NCBI GenBank assembly: GCA_012026655.1
Contig: JAAILG010001539.1
Coordinates: 1 to 64,000, forward strand
Direction of reading: 5' to 3'
Source of the DNA: Hydrolagus affinis
Taxonomy: Eukaryota
DNA: 64,000 bases
Part shown: in pieces, positions 58,938 to 64,000 of the stretch
Numbering within the stretch: position 1 is the first letter of the stretch
Layout of the letters: every line of letters starts with the position of its first letter
Program-made: the position numbers and the translations under genes
Notes under the pieces: generated by a model
Database searches by the model: none
Told to the model about the DNA's origin: nothing
What the model saw: the letters and a program-made list of their open reading frames with translations, nothing else

Positions 58938-59376
58938 TAATAATAATCCTTCAATTTAGTACATTGTCAAAGTGCTTCATATGGTTTTTACTATAAAGTG
59001 TGGTCCAGTTTGGCTGTCACAAACTGCAACACAAAGTATAGTGACAATCATATACAGATAGTGGCCATTTTGCACACAGCAATGGCCCACAAACAGCCAC
59101 AATTTGAACAACCAAAGTTAAAAATAAATTTTAAAAATAAATTGTTGGCCTGAATGCCGAGAAGAAATCCTTTCTCTTTTGAAATGCTGCAGTGGGATCT
59201 ATAAAGTGCGGGTGAAAGATGGTTTAGTGTCTCATCTGAAGGTCGGCACCTCCAAAAATGTAGTACTCCTGATGGAATGTCAGTCGAGATTTTGAGCTCA
59301 AAATGTCACATGTGGCTTGAACAATCAACCTTGTGGTTCAAAGCTGAGAGTGCATTGATTGATCCAGGCTGACACC
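58938..59376 (-). mobile_element. Old Deu-core SINE, near full length
   Basis: gtctcatctgaaggtcggcacctcc...ggaatgtcagtc...ccaggctgacac; tail taataataatcctt. Confidence 0.8.
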
Positions 59377-60818
59377 TAAGATTTGACAATAACAGTATAT
59401 ATCTCAACATTACATTTTCAGTGACAAAGCCAGGAAGTTTTAATGTTCCACAGTTCAGCTCATCTAGAGCACTCTATAGAACATCATGATTAGCAATTCA
59501 TGGCAGAAGATGGAAATGGCAGACCTTCCTTCTGAACCTATGATGAACATTCAATCTGCATCAGGAAAGCATTGTTTTGAGTATAATGCCACAGGAACAC
59601 TTTCCACTTTGGCACTGAAAATTTATCACCAGGTATTAATGAAACTAGATCTGCTGCCCAGTCCCTTTTATTCACTCTCTATATGAATGTTGGCCTGAAA
59701 TTGTATTTATCACCCCTAGTGTACTGAATTGAAATGTTTGAACATGACTGCTGAGATAGAACAACAATAATATGCATTTCATGTAAGGAAGCGTCTCAGA
59801 GTGTTTGAGAAGCTTTTTTTTAATTTTTGAGACAGCAAATAGAATAGAGAAGGCTTTTTCACCATGTAGTCCAGTTTTCTTATTACAAACTGCAACAACA
59901 CAAAGTAAATTTGCTTTAGCAGCTAAAAGCAAAATTAGGTTCACTTGCATTCGAGCATTGATACAAGGCATAACATAACTAGATTGGGATGGTGTTATTA
60001 AGTTGGAAGCAGAAAGTCTGTGTGACTTCTGAATATTCTTTGAATGGTGAGATAGTGTCACATCCTGTGACTGACTCAGTTGAGCTCTTTTGGTTTATTT
60101 TTGTTGTTACAAGCTCTTATTTACAATTTTGAAAATATCAAGCGTTTTTGCGCTGGTTATCACAGAGAGCCAATTAATCATAAGGCTATGATTCATTGTA
60201 ATAGGGATGGGTTGCCAAAGTAAGATACTTAATGTATGATTTCAGCACTCAATGTTCAGACAACTAGGAACTAATTCATCAGTTAGGCAAACTACCACCT
60301 AAACCATCAGTGGAATCTGCCACTCACAGGCGTTGGGCTTCAAACATCTCTCACCACATTCCTTACCCTCTTAGAGTATCTCTGAGCATTAACTCCGATT
60401 CTCCACACTGCTGGGAATGGAGGGTATGAGTGTTATGTTATTTATGGCAATTATGCTGATGGCCATTTCTGTGGCAGTAGATGAAAGATGCGGTTGGAGC
60501 ATTCTGACAACTGATCTCTGAAGCACTCGCTCCATCTTACATATTGAGTCACCAGTTTTTGTTATAGAAAATCTCAAGGACTAAGTAAATCGTCAAACAA
60601 GAACAACAAAATTAAACTTGTATAGCACCTTTCATGCCAGGAGGACGTCTCAAGGCGCTGAGACAATCAGGTTCTGAAGTGAAGTGAAAAGAGTGGGATT
60701 GGCAAACTGGAATCAACATTGCTATTTAGTTCTTGGGGGAACTGAACTCCCTTGTATGTGTTCCCTTCATATTCTGAAGATGTATCAGAAAGTTTAAGTT
60801 CCAGTCTATTGCTATTGT

Positions 60819-61200
60819 GGAGTCCTGTAGCTCAGTGGTTAGAGCACTCGCCTTACAGGAGAGACCTGAGTTCGATTCCAGGCAACAACAACAACAAAAT
60901 TACATTTGTATAGCACCTTTCACATCGAGAGGACATCTCAAGGCGCTGAACAGTCAGGGGTCAGGATGAAACTGTGGGCAAGATTCCTTACTCCACATGC
61001 TTAATAATAATCCCTCAAAAAAAACAAAAAAGAATTGGTCATTTCAATCCACAACTGTGGGACACTGCTGTGCGCAATCGGCAGCCACGTTTCGCCCACA
61101 AATACAGTCAATTCACATTACAACATATTCTGTGAAGCGCTTTGAGATGTCTAGAAAACGTGAGAAGCGCTATATCAAATGGAAGGATTATTTTATGATT
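60819..61200 (+). mobile_element. Young tRNA SINE, short form, with a nested antisense L2 tail (60883-60967)
   Basis: ggagtcctgtagctcagtggttagagc...gttcgattccagg | caacaacaac...gcgctgaacagtcaggggtcaggat | gaaactgtgggcaag... Confidence 0.92.
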
Positions 61201-61269
61201 ATTCTTTTGAGATCTTTGCAACAATTGAGAGGAATGGGTGTTGGTTGAAAATTTCTTGTGATGTATTCT

Positions 61270-61338
61270 CCAGCACTTTGGGACGTCCTCCTGACGTGAA
61301 AGGCACTATACAAGTGTAATTTTGTTGTTGTTGTTGTT
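61270..61338 (+). mobile_element. L2 tail only
   Basis: cagcactttgggacgtcctcctgacgtgaaaggcactatacaagtgtaatttt(gtt)n. Confidence 0.85.
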
Positions 61339-63469
61339 ATGCACAGTATTCTAATCAGGAGATTTCCTACTCAAAGTTTTTCCCCCCAAGCTAGATAGAA
61401 GAGACTTGCTCAGCTGCCAGGATTATCATTTTACAGATCACCAGAGACTCTTAACAAGATCGCAAGAGATTCTTAACGCATCACAAACTAGCATGCACTG
61501 TTTGAGCTGAGTGACCTGTTTCTGTGCTGCACAGTCTTTGTAAATCTTTGTAAAACATCACAAGTCTTGAGCCACAGGTTTCCTTTTCTAATAAACTCCA
61601 TTACAAGCTATTTCATGCAGTCTTCAGATCTACAGATGGGACCTTAATCTTGTCTTCAGAAGCTTTCATGTATTTTCCCCCTCCACCTTTGTCTCTTCCT
61701 GACCTTTTAATCTATGTTTTGAAATGGAGCCCATTTTTGCCCTTAGTTTCACCAGTCACCGAGCTTCTGGTTCTCATCACAGGATGTACAATTTGTTTGG
61801 AATTCACGATTATGCTTGAATCTAATGTAAAATCAGTCTTTCAACTCTCTCACAAGGATACAGTACTAAAATATTCTCTACCACCACATTTCTTGGAGGA
61901 TGAAAACAGAATTCACTGCAAAGGTATTTTTAGAATCATGGGATTTGGATTTGAAACCTGATTAACTCCACACACTTTTTCTTGGGACTTAATGAATGAA
62001 TAAATAAAATATCTTTACACTTGATTCACTTCGGGAGAATGTCTCAAAGCACTTCACAGAATATACTATAAACTCTAGTGTAGGCGAATGCAGTAACTAA
62101 TTTGTGCGCAGCAATGTCACATCCTAATGTTTGTGGAGCATGAACAGCATTGAAATAATGAGGAACACCAAATTTAACTTAATTATAATAAGAACAATCC
62201 TTGAATTTGGTTATGCATCTTATCACATCAAACGATTTCACAGCAATTTCTAGTAACTATATAATCTACAACTATTTGTGGGACAGTGCTGTGCATAATT
62301 GGCTGCCGCGTTTCGCCCCACAATATATACAGTCAGTTCATTTTACAATATATTCTGTGAAGCTCTATGTCTTTGTAACATTCACTTCTTTTTAACATTC
62401 ATAGCTTTCCACCTTTACACTTAAATTTGTTCTGTCATGTTTCCCTTTCTTGTTCCTTTAGAAACTGATAGGGAAGTTGGTTGTGGCCAACATTGAGGCA
62501 AGAATGATCTGACAGATGCTCATGCGGCTAAATCGGAGTAAGCCTGACAGTAGGACATGGCTGATCTACATGTGAATGAATGGAACAGATGTGTCTAGTC
62601 AAAGGAAGATTGTTAATATTGTAAATTGAAATCCCTTCTGTAGATAAATGAGAGCTCACTGTAAACACAATTTGCAGTTAAGGGGAAAAAAATACTTAAA
62701 AGGCACAATGATACATTGCTTGAGCTAATTTGGATTATTCTGTGAATTACAAATGAATTTGCACATTGTTTATTTTCAGGGAAGCTTCATGTTCATTTGA
62801 GAAAAGCAGTAATCTTGTTCAAATTGAGTATCGTATTCAGCACTCCGAGACACCGTCCTGCCCAAGGGGTTGCTGTATAAATGCAAATTGTTTTTGTTGG
62901 TGGTGTTTCTAAAACTGTACTAAACAGAGCAAAAGCCCATAGCTGCTGGTTACAGTATTGACAAAAGTTAGGGTGAAGGATAGGGCAGAAAGTGAGGATG
63001 ACAACGTAACCTCACAGAAAATATTAGTGTAACCTATGTACAGTACTTATTTGGGGATCAGAATGGATTTTAAATTTCCTTTTATGGTTTCTTATTGTTT
63101 AACGCTATTCTTTCTTCCTGCAAAGTGTGTGATTTTTTTCATATAAAAAGAAACGGTTCTGGACCTTGATTCCCGCTGTATAGTTTAAACCAGCCGTCTC
63201 GCCTCTCTGCAGAATGGTTGGACTATTGACGGGTGTGATAGCCAGTCTGCTGCTCACTGCTGGTGGGCAGGATTGCACAGCTGCAGGCTCTCAGCTCATC
63301 CACTTTCGAATGACAGCGTACAATAATAGTTCCCTAATTAATTCTTTTTTTTAAAAATGTCATTCCCAATTTTATTACCAACATCCCCAAATAAAGGAAG
63401 TATTCCATAGGATGCACATTGATGGGCTTTGAATCCAAAACTAGAGGATGTAAATATATGATAGCCAGC

Positions 63470-63665
63470 AGCACATCTGATGGGGAGCTGAACATGAGAG
63501 TGTGGGGAGAAGGTCAAAGATTCAATGTATTTACAAGGAAACTTGAATGATCCATGAGACAGAAGGGAACAGATGGGGATTTGTAGGGAAGGGGACCAGT
63601 GTAGAGCATAAACACTAGCACATATTAGCTGGGCCGAATGGCATGTTTCTGTGCTGTGTAATTAT
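63470..63665 (+). mobile_element. Decayed CR1 3' end
   Basis: gtagagcataaacactagcac...tgggccgaatggcatgtttctgtgctgtgtaatt. Confidence 0.65.
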
Positions 63666-63669
63666 ATAG

Positions 63670-64000
63670 CAAGCAAGAGACCTGGGTTCGATTTCCGACA
63701 GGACAAACATTGGGCAAGTTTGCTTACTCCACACACCTGCATCTGCCTAGCAGTAAGTAGGAATGGAGTTGTTAGTAGATTGGCGGAAGAGTAATAATTT
63801 CTTTTTAAAAAAAATAATAATAAATTGATCACCTAATCCATGACTGTTCGTGGGTCACTGTTGTGTGCAATTGGCTATCACGTTTCAACAGCAACAACAA
63901 AACAACATTTGTAGGGCGCCTTTCATGTCGGGAGGACATCCCAAGACGCCAAACAGTCAGAGGTCAGAACCCATGCATGGGGCGCCGGGGGTCATGGTTG
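63670..64000. mobile_element. tRNA SINE long form (+, 63670-63888) interrupted by an L2 3' end (-, 63889-64000)
   Basis: gagacctgggttcgatttcc...gcagtaagtaggaa...tgtgtgcaattggct; then caacaacaaaacaacatttgtagggcgcctttcatgtcgggaggacatcccaag. Confidence 0.85.

Noticed and set aside
59540-59618. C/D box snoRNA (ATGATGA ... CTGA, ~80 nt)
   Set aside because: No terminal stem, and I cannot identify an rRNA/snRNA guide.
1381-64000. Strand bias of L2 copies as a clue to host-gene orientation
   Set aside because: Roughly equal numbers on both strands by eye.

Overview
Repeat-rich non-coding vertebrate DNA, most likely a long intron or gene-desert segment of a cartilaginous fish. The holocephalan/elephant-shark-like attribution is an inference from the SINE, L2, CR1 and Penelope repertoire. 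I recognise no host protein-coding exon; every recognisable ORF in the track is a frameshifted LINE fragment (L2 or CR1 ORF2) or low-complexity. The window holds many 5'-truncated L2 fragments, several CR1 3' fragments, a young tRNA-headed Deu-type SINE in long and short forms, an older SacSINE1/AmnSINE1-like SINE, the end of a hAT transposon, two Tigger/pogo-like MITEs and three 100-N gaps. Best leads: (1) three Penelope-like terminal fragments carrying relics of a minimal hammerhead ribozyme, one as a 71-bp-arm fold-back flanked by a 15-bp target-site duplication; (2) a 613-bp element with 58-bp inverted repeats; (3) a candidate conserved alternative/terminal exon near 4951; (4) two unclassified interspersed repeat families; (5) several repeat-free, motif-dense enhancer-like blocks. 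Repeat boundaries are by eye (about +/-10-30 bp unless termini are quoted). I found no demonstrably new biological system; novelty claims need database searches.
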